From Mytilus edulis (Eukaryota): a stretch of 64,000 nucleotides of DNA. A model generated the notes under the pieces. That model was not told the DNA's origin. It ran no database searches and worked only from the letters and a program-made list of their open reading frames with translations. A program made the translations under genes and the position numbers. The stretch is taken from positions 30,938,001 through 31,002,000 of the forward strand of contig NC_092351.1 in assembly GCF_963676685.1 (NCBI RefSeq), given 5' to 3'. Shown in pieces: positions 22,742 to 37,300 of the stretch (position 1 is its first letter; every line of letters starts with the position of its first letter).

Positions 22742-24783
22742 CTAATGTGGTCATCAATATATCAATCTGTAAAACATTGAATTTTTACTTATTGTCAGTC
22801 CCCTCTCCCCTCCCCATCCTCAAATTGCAAAGAAATGCTTTAAAATAGAACAATATCGATGTCAACAAACAGAATGGAAGGAGACTTCTAATGGTCATGC
22901 CAAATCAAATAGTTTGTGCAGATATAAACAGTTCTGATAAGAGGTAGTTAGAGGGTATAAGGGTTCAAATCTATCCATTTCAGAATAGAAAGAACTATGG
23001 GTAATCTCATTGTTTGTACACCAAAATGTAAATAACATTACTAATCACAGCGATTTTATCTTTTAAAAATGTTACCGAGAATGCATTACATTCTTAAAGG
23101 GCGAATAAGTTTGGGTTCCTGGTGTGGGACCTTTCTTTTCATAAATGAATAGTACCATTGATATTTAGATTGTAAAGGCAAGGCAATCCATTCTTTACAT
23201 GGGATCTATGACTCTTATAAGGAGGGCCAGCATTTGAAAATTTAAATGGTTATGAACCTTTTATTCTATAAGGCAAATTTGAAACACAGCAAATCATATA
23301 TTATATTTGATAATTTTTATATACTAAATGCAATTAAATAACTTTGATATGAATGTAACATACATTAAAACCACTTCAAATACATTATTTAATAGGACAA
23401 ATCAGCACCAAGTATTCTAATATCATTTGAATAATATTGTTTATTAAATCTAAAAACACTTTAATTTCCTAATCCTTCCTGCATGACTGATATAGAAAAA
23501 CTAAAAAAACAGCGATGTATATGTATAAGATTATTCAAGCTTACATAAATGAGTTCCTAGCAAAATAATAAATTCCTGCTAAAAGTACTGTATATTTGTA
23601 CAAAAATAAAATGTCTATGACCTTCTAAAAATATAATGCCAGATTAAAGATAACTAAATTGTATCTTATATATGTATGGATGTAACTTTGAAATCAATAA
23701 AAACCAACTATAATAGTTTTATAATAAATTCAACTATAAATAATATCTAATCTGTAAATATTTTCTTCCATAGATATGTAGAGTTTTATATATTCAACTG
23801 TTTCAAATAAAAATCTATTTATTAGCAGTCTTAGAAAACATGTTACATACTATTTAATTAACCATCACTAAAAATACAACCAATCTTCCTTGGACGGAAT
23901 AATAATAATCATAATTTATGAATAAATATAAAGATATAAAAATGTTTTAAAAATATGTCACTGTCTTATACCTTACTCATTTCAATAAAACATTCACTAA
24001 TGTCTTTGGCAGTGCAGAAATTAAAAGATAAAAAAAAATAATACAGTATTGATAAAATATTTGATTGTATATAAGTAGGGGCAGAGTCAGTCTTAGATAT
24101 GATTGTGACATTAGTCAGATCTTTCTTAAATAACATTACATAATAAATACAAAGTTTGTTTAAAAAATTGCACTATTTAGTATTTCTTACAGCAATATCA
24201 AGTTTGCATGCTGCCAAGTATTCTAAATTAACTAGACAGTGAGGTAATTGATAATTAAAGCATATAAATATTCATGTCACTTTTCAAACATATAAATATA
24301 AAAATTAACTAATATCATATGATGCATGGATTTCTGAATAATTCCTTGGAATTAAGATTTTTCTATTTAAAATAAAATATATATAAAATGTATAAATTGA
24401 TTAAGAGTAAATCAAGTTTGTAGTCACTTTTTCTGGCCTGCAAAATCAGTTTAAATTTGATAACAAATCCAAGAAAAAGGTTTTGAAACATTCATGAAAC
24501 CCAAAATCCATTCAGTGTTAATGTTGAGTGTCCTCAATTTAAATTAAACTTATTTCTGGTATATAGGCCTTAAATTTTTTCAGGCCATGTAGTATAAAAA
24601 GATAAATAAATGCCCATCTTTCTTTGTCTCCGAAAGAAAATAAGAGGACAATGATTGTCCTACCTATTGATATACAAATTCAAGAAGCCATTGCTATTGA
24701 ATTTTTACATACATTGACCAAATTTCAATAATATTAACTCTTTCTACATGAGAAAACAATTTCAGTGGGAAATATTTCCATCA

Positions 24784-27700
24784 TTACTGACAGATGGTAT
24801 CTGTTGCTTTACAGTCAGAGTTAGGTTGGGATAAAAACAATCGTCCACTCTCACAAATACATAACTCATAAACAGTACCAGTGTATGGAGTCCCACTTTG
24901 TGGACTGCTTACTCTTGGCTTCTTGATATAATAATCTTTTGCCTGTAAGTACATCTACAAAAACAAACACATCAGAAATGAAATACAATTTATTTTCCTT
25001 TGCATAACATATACCTTTATATTTTCATCTTTTGGTATTGCTGTTGTTCACATTAAATAGAAACAAATCGTAATTTTTTTTATTTTGTTTTGTTTTTCAT
25101 TTAGTTATGAATCATTATAACACTGGTCTAATCAGGGCACCATAATTGGACCAATAAAATATGCCTTTCCATACTGTAAATTAGACTTGGTGAATAATAA
25201 AAACTTGCATATGTGTGTGCATATTTTCCCGAGATTGCAATAACCTCACATTTATGTCTTTTCTTCAAATATCACAATAATAAATGAACACAAATAGAAT
25301 TTACAGTATGCAATGCCAAATTTGTTAACCCAATACCTATACTGAAGAAAGTAAATCTTCAATAAAACATTGATTTATAAATAAATGAGTTGATATTACT
25401 CACATGAGTTAAAAGATGCAAGGATGAACTGTAATTTTACAATCACTGCTTTTAACCAAATCAGTTTCTAAAGCAATTCATTTATGAGATTTAAAAGAGA
25501 TGTTAATAATTAATACTACTTTAGCAACATATAAATCCTTGCTTATTTGTCAAACAATTATTGTCTCTTATAAATACTTTATCGTTAAAAAAAGTCCACA
25601 AAATTAATTTGGTTTACAGTAACTACATTTTAAATTAAGAAAACCCAGATGAATATAAAATATTACTTACATTTTTATTGGCAATCAAGCTGAGTTGGTT
25701 AGCACTTTTAATGAGTATTTTACCAGCTGGAGCTGTCACATATACTCCTTGGTCACCCACTACTCTCAATTGAGTACTTATAGCTTCTACTCTATAATAA
25801 ATAATAAGATGTGTTATAATTGCCAATAAGACCACTCTCCTCAAGAGACCAAATAACATACTGTGGATTCATTTATTTTCGTGGATTGCTGAAAACTTGC
25901 ATATTCGTGGATATTTGATTTCGTGGTTTTGTAGATCTCTGTATATAAAGCCTATTGAAAATAGGATATTCGTTGAACATTTGAATTTGTGGTTCATCTG
26001 TACCCACGAAACCCACGAAAATTGGTATCCAACGAATAATAATGAATCCACAGTAGCAGTCACCATTAGTCATTAATCAAATCATTCTCTTAACCTCAAC
26101 TATGTAGATGTTCCAGACCATATGAGTATTTGGACCATATGAGTATACGCGTATGGTCCACTACGAGCTGACCATACATGTTATTAGATCATATGGGTTA
26201 AATTAAAAAAAATTAACATTAATCACAATCTTTATTTTCAGATTTACTAATTTAATATTATTACAATTACACGGATAAAATGAACGAATGAACAATTGAA
26301 ATTAAATATTTGTTTAATTGTATATCTTGATCCTAATTTTGGTACTCTCAACCAATGTTACACTTGCTACCACAAGTAATGTACTAATATTTTTTACATT
26401 TACATTTTTGCAGTTCGTGTATGTTCCTTAGCAAAAATATTTTTTGGTAAAGTTGCTAAATATTCTAAAACAATTGTCCTCCCACATTATATTTACTTCC
26501 GATATTTTCAATTTTAGTGATCATAATTCAATTATTTTACTGAGTGATCGACATGTTTTAAAAATACAAGAGATTAACAGATTCAATTAGTGTGAATTTT
26601 TTAAATCATTAAAATATATAGTTTTTTTTTTTCAATTACAATTAAACTTTTTTATATCTATTTGAGAGTTAAGTTATATTGATCTGTTATATGGATCTAA
26701 TTAACTTTGACAACTTCTTAATATTAGTCAGAACCTATGAGTATTTTGAAAAAGTACGCATACGGTCCAGACCGTACGCGCACGGTCCAAATACTCATAC
26801 GGTCTGGAACATAGATATAAGCAAACACAAATATTTGTGTGAGCAGAATTCTTTACTTTTTTTCATTATGTATTTTTTTTCTGTCAATTATACATTGTTA
26901 TATACTTCATACAATTTTAGAACTCTCAATTCAATATATCAATAGGTTTCTTTTCTTCAAATATAAATTTAAGTATATACATATAAAGCAAACTATTTTA
27001 AATAGACGGAGATGGCTCTGACATCTGACAGCCTGCTTTAGGACTTGCTGGGCTGTAGGACATCAATCCATATAAAAAAAACTTGGAAACTGTCAACTCG
27101 GACTTTGGATGGCATTTTTTTTTTCATTAATCACCTTTCTCCTAATTTATTTACTATAGCACAACTAAGGCTTTATTATTTATTTTATAGACCCCTTCCT
27201 GTTTCAAATAAAAGCATGCTTCTTTACGTGTACATGCTATTTTGAAGAAAAAAATTGTAGAAAATACTGCTATTTACAGAACAGATATCTACTACTATAA
27301 TTTATAGTGGGAGCATACAAAGACTTAATTGATCATTGTATTAATCTAGTTTTATATATAAGTTACCTCAATGGTTCTGACACAGGTCCTCTAACATTAG
27401 GTGTGGCTATAGATCCTGTAAAGTTTACTTTAGATGAACCTAAATATACAAACAGAAAGAACATCATTAAAAGGGTACATTTAAAATTAATTTCTATCAT
27501 ATACATTTTGTAATTTTTCTTCTTTTAAATAAGTAAAAAAGGCAAAATGATAGCCTAGCTACAAAAGAAATAATAGGACAGGAATATTTATTTTCATTAA
27601 AGTTACATTATTTCATTCATAAAACAAAACTGGAAAGTGTAAAGCAACATAAGGAAGAAATACTTTGAATATTTCAGATAAAGGTGATGTTTGTATGCAA

Positions 27701-30700
27701 AGGGGGATAATTTTGCTTTTGTGTATTTCAAATCCCCTCTTACACTAATACATATGGCCTCTGAAAATATGAACCTATAGTTGCCTTATCATTTAAACTT
27801 GGAAGGGGGGGGGGGGGATAGCAACTTAAATACTAGAGGAGCAAATATCAATTCCTATGTCATCCCTGCAGAGACTTGCTAGTATAGATTATATTACACT
27901 GCTTTTAATTCTTTACTTGTTTTAGGACTAAATGTGTGTGCAAAAACAAATAATTTCATTTTTTTCTTGAAAAAAGGTTAAGTATGGTATTAACAATGAC
28001 TTTGGATTCTCAAATCATTTCTAGCTTAATAACAACTCTGCAACAATATATATCACAATTAACTAAACCAAATTCAGACGAAAACTTTTTTCAAATAATT
28101 CTTTATTCTATAATGCTTATTGACAGATTTGAATGTTTTCAATGTATCCATACCTGTGAAAGTGACATCCATATTGCCAAACTTGACCCCATTGTTGGAC
28201 ACACTGAGTTTTGTTTGACCCTTACTATTCTTTATCTCAAATAATTCACATCTTGATGATACAGTCTTGTTTGCTGAGAAAAAAGTAATGACATGGTGGT
28301 TTAATACTTGATACTATGTCTTTAGATTAAGTAACATATTTTTGAAATAACAATATATGGAGCATTTTTGAGAAATTGTTGAATATTCAGTACACCTATG
28401 CTATAAAAATTTGTGTTTGTGAAGGAAAATGTAGTTTTAAGTGCTTAAATAAAAGTTTTTAGAGTGTATGATTCTATACATTAATATTAAACAAGAATGT
28501 GTCCCAAGTACACGGATGCCCCACTCGACTATCATTTTCTATGTTCAGTGGACTGTGAAATTAGGGTCAAAACTTTAATTTGGAATTAAAATTAGAAAGA
28601 TCATATCATAGGGAACATGTGTACTAAGTTTCAAGTTGATTAGACTTCAACTTCTTCAAAAACTACCTTTATCAAAAACTTTAACCTGAAGCGGACGGAT
28701 GAACGGACGCACAAACGGACGGACGCACAGACGGATGGACGAACAGACCAGAAAACATAATGCCCCTCTACTATCGTAGGTGGGGCATAAAAAGAATTTA
28801 GATCTAATTTGATAAGATTAAAATATATACATGTGTATACAAGTACTCTTATATTTCTTCAACATAAAACAATTATTAGATTTTTTGTTCTATACTCATA
28901 ATTTGAAGGATGACAAAGTAAAAGACAATGGTCAAGTCTTGGTTTCAAATGATTAACATCTCAATAATGTGTGATCAAACAACTTCCAAAAGAATAAGCA
29001 TGTATCTCACCTATAACAAAGTGATTTGTGATATTATTATCTTCATTTCTGGCTCTTATATATACACCTCGACTTGAATCGATCTTTAATGCTGTACTCT
29101 GGAGGATAAAAAAACACAACTTCTATTAACTAATATGAATAAAATGTTTTTATCAAAATCAACTTTTGGGGTTATATTTCTTAGTTGATTAAATTGACCT
29201 AATATCTTAAAAAAAATCATCAACTGAATTAAATTATATCTGACTTTTTCAGCAGAATTTCATTTTTCGATCTCATGTAAAAAATAACTAGAGGCTCTAA
29301 AGAGCCTGTGTCGCTCACCTTGGTCTATGTGAATATTAAACAATGGACACAGATGGATTCATGACAAAATTGTGTTTTGGTGATGGTGATGTGTTTGTAG
29401 ATCTTACTTTACTAAACATTCTTGCTGCTTACAATTATCTCTATCTATAACAGTACTTTCTGTGGTAAATGTTATTGAAAATCTTCAAATTTTAAGAAAA
29501 TTGTTAAAAATTGACCATGAAGGGCAATAACTCCTTAGGGGGTCAATTGACTATTTTGGCCATACTGACTTATTTTTAGTTCTTACTTTGCTGTACATAC
29601 AGGCCTCTACATTAACATTTTTTCTAACTTGACCCTTTGGACAAGTGGCAAGAAAATCAGCTTGTCCGAACTCTTAACTCACTTGTCCGAATTCATAATT
29701 GAAAATCTAACATATTGATGATTTATGCAATAATAACACTTGGGCTTTGCTTGTACCTAATAAAAGGAGCATTTTGTAATGTTATATGAATACTGCATCA
29801 AAATACATTTCATTATTTCAGAATGAAGGTTTTTTTGCAAGACTGTGTTCTCTGACTCAATGTCACTATCATTTGTCATTTCTTCCCAAACCACTACGTT
29901 CCCCTATGGACCTATTCATTCTTTAGTAGTGGTATGGATTAAACCAAGGATGTAAATACACCTGGCCACCTTGAACATGTATATGAGTAAACCTTTTTAA
30001 TTTATTGATGATGTCAAAACAATATTTTACAATTTATTTTGATTTGCATATACATTGATATATGATCATGAAGTACATACACATTTCACTAAAAAATCTG
30101 CCTTTTTAGATTTTAGATTTTTTTTTTCATCTTATAAATTTCTATATCATAGATCTTATCAAATAAAACCTCTTTTAATGTATTGTTATGCATAAAAGAA
30201 AAATCAAATGAAACATACTTTAATTTAATATTTTAAAGTTTTAGGTAAAACTCCATATGGAGGTGCTCCTTATTCAAGGAAACTTATACTAAGAAGATAC
30301 ATTAACATTGGTTTCTTTCCCCTTACTTATTTCCCCCTGGTCAATGGCTGCCAGCATGTTCAATACTCCAAATCAGAGACATATTATACAAGTTTTATAT
30401 GTGTCTGGTTCAATCAATGAATAATTATTTCATTAAGTATGATCAATAAAACAATCATTCATATTTTTTGTTGATCTATTTTTATCTGACCTTGATTTTT
30501 CACTTGTCCCATCGGACAAGTAGTATGGTGAATCTACTTGCCCGACACATGTGTCCACTTGTCCCGGACAATCGGACAACCGTTAATGTCGAGCCCTGAC
30601 ATTATTGCTGTTTACAGTTTATCTCTATCTATAATAATATTCAAGATAATAACAAAAAAACAGCAAAATTTCCTCAAAATTACCAATTCAGGGGCAGCAA

Positions 30701-32878
30701 CCTAACAACCAATTATCAGATTCATCTGAAAATTCCAGGGCAGATAGATTGTGACCTGATCAACAATTTTACTACCTGTCAGATTTGCTTTTAATGCTTT
30801 GGTTTTTGAGTAATAAGCCAAAAACTGCATTTTACCCCTATGTTCTATTTTTAGCCATGTCGGCCATCTTGATTTGTTGGCCGAGTAACCGGACACATTT
30901 TTTTTAACTACATACCCCAATGATGAATATGGCAAAGTTTGGTTAAATTTGGCCCAGTAGTTTCAGAGGAGAAGATTTTTCTTAAAGATTACTAAGATTT
31001 ACGAAAAGTGGTTAAAAATTGACTATAAAGGGCAATAACTCCTAAAGTGGTCAACTGACCATTTTGGTCATGTTGACTTATTTGTAGATCTTACTTTGCT
31101 GAACATTATTGCTGTTTACAGTTTATCTCTATAATAATATTCAAGATAATAACCAAAAACAGCAAAATTTCCTTAAAATTACCATTTCAGGGGCAGCAAC
31201 CCAACAACGATATGTCCGATTCATCTGAAAATTTCAGGGCAGATAGATCTTGACCTGATGAACAATTTTACCCCCATGTCAGATTTGCTCTAAATGCTTT
31301 GATTTTTGAGTTATAAGTCAAAAACTGCATTTTACCCCTATGTTCTAATTTTAGCCATGGCGGCCATCTTGGTTGGTTGGCCGGGTCACTGGACACATTT
31401 TTTAAACTAGATACTCAAATGATGATTATGGCCAAGTTTGGTAAAATTTGGCCCAGTAGTTTCAGAGGAGAAGAATTTTGTAAAAGTTAAAGCAGGACGA
31501 CGACGACGGACGCCAAGTGATGAGAAAAGCTCACTTGGCCTTTTGGCCAGGTGAGCTAAAAAAACATGAGATCAGAATGTAAGTTATTTACTTATTTCTT
31601 TTCTAGCAAATTTCTCTAGCTTGTCTGAAAACACAGTTAGCATCATTAGATTTCCGTTGTCTACAAATATAGTCCCTTATGTGGACAGTGTATAACTTTT
31701 TTTTTTTTCATACACTTTCAAAATTTCTATCTTTATATTTCATGAAAGAAATTTTGTTACCTGCTTGTTTTCTGTAGAGTTAAAACCTTTCTGACCATAA
31801 TTTACCTGAAGTGACTGAATGTTTTCAGTATATAAAGAATCTAGGAATTCTACCTGTCCTTCTGTTCTCATACCATCCTCAGTAAACTTAACATTCTTTA
31901 TCCCATCCTGAAAGTCAAACCATAATGAATAGGTGGTTAAACCAAATTTAAAATGCACATTTATCTTTAAATCTTCATCTTTTTATTCAAATTTTATATG
32001 AGATTCATTTTTTTATTTCAAAATTTGAAAAATAAAGAAATTCATATTAATCATGATTGGAAAAATTAAGTGATAAATATTAAGACATTCTATTGCCATG
32101 ATTGTAGATATAAAGTAGAACAAGATTTGTTATTTTATGTTGTTGCCAGTTTAATATCAAAATATATATCATATATTACTTACATGCATATTTGTAGTCA
32201 TGTACATGATTCTTTAAAAGTTACATGTCCATGTGCCTGTTCCAAATAAAGAACTGTGTGATTGCTTACAAATGTATCTGTCCTTGAATCTTATTTTTTA
32301 TTGTTCAGTTTCATATGTACAAGCAGATATTTCAGTCTGTTATACATTGTATTCATTTACAAATTTTCGGGACTCTCTATTATGTCTATGATTTAGACTG
32401 TGAAATATTGTGTAAACATTAGTCCTTAATTGCAGACTGTATATTGATCTTCAGATGTTCTATGGATGTTTGTGCTTTTATGGTTGCTATCTCATTGATG
32501 TATACCCAACATCTCCTTTTCCATACAAAATACTTGCATGATTTGAACAATGAAACTTTTTTTTATCAAACTGATGATTTTACAAATGTATTTGGATTAT
32601 AGTATTCACGATACACAGGTTGAATTACTAAGATCAATTGATGTAACTATAACTACAGCAATATACCATACCCAATTGAAATTAAGTACTCTCAGCATCC
32701 AAACTAGCAATGCAAGATTTAATACAGTTAGGATAACCAGCAGTAATATAAATCCATAGAGACATCTCTTTCTCCATCCATAAATTCCTACTGGTTGAGG
32801 TCTATCATCTAACAGTTCTGTATCCCTGTCGGCATGGTTACTGTTCTCATTTGATGTCCTACTTCTTCCTTTGCCCAT
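24784..32878 (-). CDS. Gamma/delta/zeta-sarcoglycan, 7 coding exons, 293 aa
   Basis: Exons 32878-32672, 31907-31806, 29098-29011, 28273-28154, 27439-27367, 25791-25671 and 24954-24784, all GT-AG with consistent phases (882 nt). Contains [12 protein letters not shown] plus a TM helix, and C-terminal VYELCIC.SGRLFL....C......C. Confidence 0.93.
25861..26053. mobile_element. TA-flanked MITE
   Basis: ta|ctgtggattcatt ... aatgaatccacag|ta. A related copy lies at ~58883-59081. Confidence 0.7.
26108..26809. mobile_element. MITE with ~27-bp terminal inverted repeats
   Basis: atgttccagaccatatgagtatttggacc ... ggtccaaatactcatacggtctggaacat. Confidence 0.7.
28490..28792 (-). mobile_element. Helentron-type element, family B
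   Basis: Reverse complement of the 5903-6222 element, with a GGAC-type microsatellite. Confidence 0.7.
29287..31560 (-). mobile_element. HINE-like element (family A) with duplicated internal unit, interrupted by a TIR element
   Basis: actagaggctctaaagagcct start and ggccaggtgagctaaa end. Host sequence resumes at 30599. Confidence 0.8.
29600..30598. mobile_element. Non-autonomous TIR element (CAGG termini, subterminal acttgtcc repeats)
   Basis: caggcctctacattaac ... gttaatgtcgagccctg, flanked by acata/acatt. Confidence 0.7.
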
Positions 32879-33534
32879 CTTCACTTCATTTTGGAGTAAC
32901 CTTTGAAAAGAAATTTTGAATATTATATAAACATGATAAAAGGAAAATAAAATTTTCTTTCGAATGTGTAACAAAAGTAAACAATGTTTGCAGTCATGAC
33001 AGCATACAACAAATTACATGTGATTCAGATGATACAGGTGGTGTAAAACTGTGGGATTTAGATTTTTATAATGTTGTCTTTATTGGTACCCATTAATTTA
33101 GTTTTATATAAATTCAAACATCACTTCATGTATTGCTATACAGTTAGGAACCCTAAACAAAGTCCTATGTTTGTGTCGTTTTGGTCTTTTGTGGATAGCT
33201 GTCTCATTGGCAATCATACCACATCTTCTTTTTTATATTTATCCTACATACATGACATATACATTTACTTTAATATATTGCTGAATTCTGCAAGGTTATA
33301 TCCCTTTTTAGCCCTGGACAGAATCTTAATCTGTTGCATGTGAAATGGTGGTCACTTTGTTTACTTGTTTATTCAATTTATTTGGGGAAATTGGTTAATA
33401 TTAGTATTACTTAAAGTTCCGTTACGCTTTCTCCCGAGACAGGCCATGTAATTATTTTTGTCGGGACTTCCTGCTTCTTGCACGTGCTCTACATCTGGCT
33501 CGGCAGGGCTCATTGTCCCTAGGAACGATAAGTA

Positions 33535-33542
33535 TGACGTCA
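33535..33542. promoter_or_regulatory. Perfect CRE palindrome in the probable sarcoglycan promoter region
   Basis: TGACGTCA within a CpG-richer patch ~650 nt upstream of the sarcoglycan ATG. Confidence 0.3.
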
Positions 33543-34349
33543 CTAACCGGGTTCGGGGCAGTCTACACTTAATAGGATTTGAAATGAGCAGATACTCATA
33601 TCGTTTGGCTTTAAATAATATGGAACCTTTATTTAAACAAGAAGAAGACTAGCCGCCACTGTATATTTTTTTCAGTATTCTAATATATGTAATCGTATGT
33701 TCAACCATAATTTATTTCTTCAAATAAACATCTTGTTTATATTTACGTGTTTTACGTAGTTTGTCCAATATCCCAGAACTTGGGTAGACAACGGGAAAAC
33801 GAAGCCAGTGGAAACTCCACTCCTGTTACACATGTGTAATGAACATGCTGAAGCCTATTTTTAGTCTGGGAAAGGCCAATTCTTTGTGTTACTGTGCTCA
33901 GTCAGCATGGTCAGGTTTATTGGGGAGATTTATGCTAATCAGATGAGAAAACATCTATTTAAAACAGTTTGTTCTTAAGTTCTGGGGTCAAGTTGTGTGG
34001 TTACCCCACTATCCACAGTAAGGAGAGGATTGAGCATTGTTGTCATCATGGTCATCATCTTCTTCTTCTTATCGTATCCAGTTATCCATCAGATTTTTGA
34101 TGATTACTAACTGCTGCGCATGCGTAGGATAATAATAAATAAATATTTACAAAAGATTAGTGCCAAAAATAAACAAATACTAACATGACATGTGATTAAA
34201 ACTATTTACATAACTACTAGGTTTACGGTTCTATATTGTAGAGAACAGTAGGTGTCATGTTTATCTTTATTTGCCTTACCCCAAAAAATCAGGAGGTATT
34301 AGATTGTAAATGAGTATATGCAGCTGGTCGCTCTCTGCCATATATATAT

Positions 34350-37300
34350 GACGCCCGACAAGCAAAATCGACCCTTATGGCAAAAATTATGTATTATCAG
34401 ATTTTATATTACCTCAACAGAAAATACTAATGCCAATCCAATGTAAAAAATTTGACAACGATCGTTTGAAAACTAGTTGAGAAATTTTAATTTTAATAAC
34501 ATATACAAATTTGTTCTAACGTAAATAAAAATCAGTATAACGTTGGAATAATGTACTTGACGTCGATTTAAGTTTGTTGACATTCAAAAGTTTACTCTTC
34601 TCCTGGTGCTTGACAAAATGCAGCCTGATATTCCTTCCTAGCATATGGACGGACTTTTGAATATAGATATTCATGCCTAGTACGTGAAAGTCCGGCTGCA
34701 GGAATAACTTCAGGACGATCCAACGGGTCGAACTCTTCTAAGGGACGGCGAAGAATGTTTATTTCTTTTTCAATCCCATCGCATTTTTCTTTAACGATAA
34801 CAATACCCGGTTTGTCATGACGGAAGACGAAATGATGATACTTTCTGATACCTGGAACAGGTTTAAACAACGCAGATAAAAAAGATTTCCAATCTCTCCA
34901 TTGCCAGGTTATTTCATTGTTTTCTTGGTTATACTGAACAACTTCATTTGATGATGATGATTTTCGGAATATGTCCGCTAAATGAGATACAGTATCACAG
35001 TTTGATCGGCGGAACAGTTTTTTAGCTTGACCAAATCCAGCGTCTACCAAACATTTTGTATGACCTGGAAACTGCATCATTAGGCTTATTTTCTGATGTT
35101 GTCCGGTTAGCACACGCCAAGCAAGATAACCAGTCATATATCGATTTTTGTTTTCTCCTACAATAAAACAACAAGTATTAAATGTAAAATATATTTACGC
35201 TTCATTAAATTGGTAGTTTTATTTTCAATTTAATTCCTCTAAATTGCTCAGTTTTATCTTAATTAGAACAAATGTATTGAATAGCATGAACACCTAATAC
35301 TCCCATAGCACTTTCGGTTTTTCATGAGGTTCGTGTTGCTCAATATTCAAAATTTAAATTGCAAGACGAAGAATTTCTTTTTTTTTTAAATGGAAAATAT
35401 TAATTTTCTTAGTTGTGTTGTTTTATATTCTTTGTATCGGGGTCTTTTATAGCCGACTGTGCGGTATGGAGTTTTCTCATTGTTGAAGTACGTGTGTTGT
35501 CCTATAAATTCTTACATCCACTTTATTTGAACTCCAATGGATAGTTGTCTTATTTACATTCATACCACATCTTCTAATTATACGACCGCAAACAATTTTG
35601 AGGTCGAATATTGTTAATTGGTATTATTTTTATATTGGTTAAGAGTTTAGAAATAAAAAAAATCAATGTACTGAAATATAAGTGAAAGTAACGTACCTGG
35701 ACAATTATCACAATGGATTCCACATTCAGACTCATTCAGACCATAACACTCAACAGCATGGTCAAACATGGAAATTGTTGCGTTTGGACCCTTTGTATCG
35801 GCACAATCTTTTAAAATTCCCTCATCTTCATCAACCAAATAGTTATACTGTTTCCGTTTTCCTTCAATGCATACCCCAAAAACTTTAACCTTTCTACCGG
35901 ATAAAAAATACAGTTGACCGACTTGATCGGTATGATGTGGCAAACTAATACTTTGAGCAAAATCAATTGTATAGTGAACATTCTTTAAAACCTGTCCTTG
36001 ATTAAAGTTACTAAACTCGTCGCGCGATTTTGACAACCATCCGTTGTACAGCTCTCGTTCTCTCCTTGCAGCTTCAATATGGGATATGTAATTTTGGGAT
36101 GTTTCAATTTTGTCCTCCTCGGTTTGTGCTAGAGTGACAGATTCTCGTAACCTTTTACAAGTATTACACACATCAGAATGTAAAGACGCGAATCGTATGT
36201 GCGGACAGCAAGACGACCTGACATTTTTGAATGTTGTTAAGTGGACACTTCTAGTTCCATCTGCCTGACATGCTGATATATATGTGTCAAACACAGACTG
36301 TTTTGATTCACACGTAGGTAACAAAACATGAGGTTCTGAGTCATGTCTGTTAGGTGGGGCAGCTTGTGGTAAACCATGCAGACGAGCATAATTTTTCAAG
36401 TATTGTACTATATTTGAAATTTCCTCAAATGAAAATGCATTTTTCGGACGTCTATTGCAATTTCCATGTTTTCGTGGAGCAATACCATTAGTATTCATGT
36501 GTTTGAGCAAAGACTTTAAATAGGACTCTCCAATATCATGAGTAAGAAGAAATACATCGTGACAAACCTCTCTGTCGTCAAAAGTATAAGCATATCTAGT
36601 TCGCTTTCGCTCTCCATATCTTGAACGGGATTTATCGACTCCTTTTGATTTCAATTTACCCATTAAGTACATGTCTTTACCTTCTTTTGGTAGTTCAAGC
36701 ATAGAAAGTATATGAGTTATTATTTCATCATGTTCAAATTGGTTTATACATTTTGCAAGACAACCACAATCTCCAGTTATTTTGGCCATATCCAAATCTT
36801 CATTGTTTATACATATATTATCTCCATTTTGATGTTGAACGAAAGCTGCAGCTGCTTGTGCAATTTCATCAGTCTCGGATATATGTTCGACAGGTTCTGT
36901 GTCTTCAAGTTCACTGTTTTCGTTATCATTAATATTATCATTGTTTTCATCATTGAAGTTATTTGTTGGTACATGTAGATATTCCCGATAAATTTCATCT
37001 AAATCCTGCAATAAACATTTATTCGTTTTAAAAGTGTTTACCAAACAAACAAAAATGTAAGCTAAATTAAATTATTATATACGAAAAATAACAGATGAGC
37101 ACTTTTTTCTCTAACTAAGAACAATGCCAATGTATCTCTTGTGCAAATTCTCAATCTGTTCATGTTCGTCATCAATATCGACTACTTGTATGGATTATAA
37201 TAAAAAGTTTCGCCTAGATATCCCTTATAAGAACATTTGTAAATCTGAATAACAACAAAATTATTTGATGTGGCCTGACTTTACATTTGTTAAGCTTCAC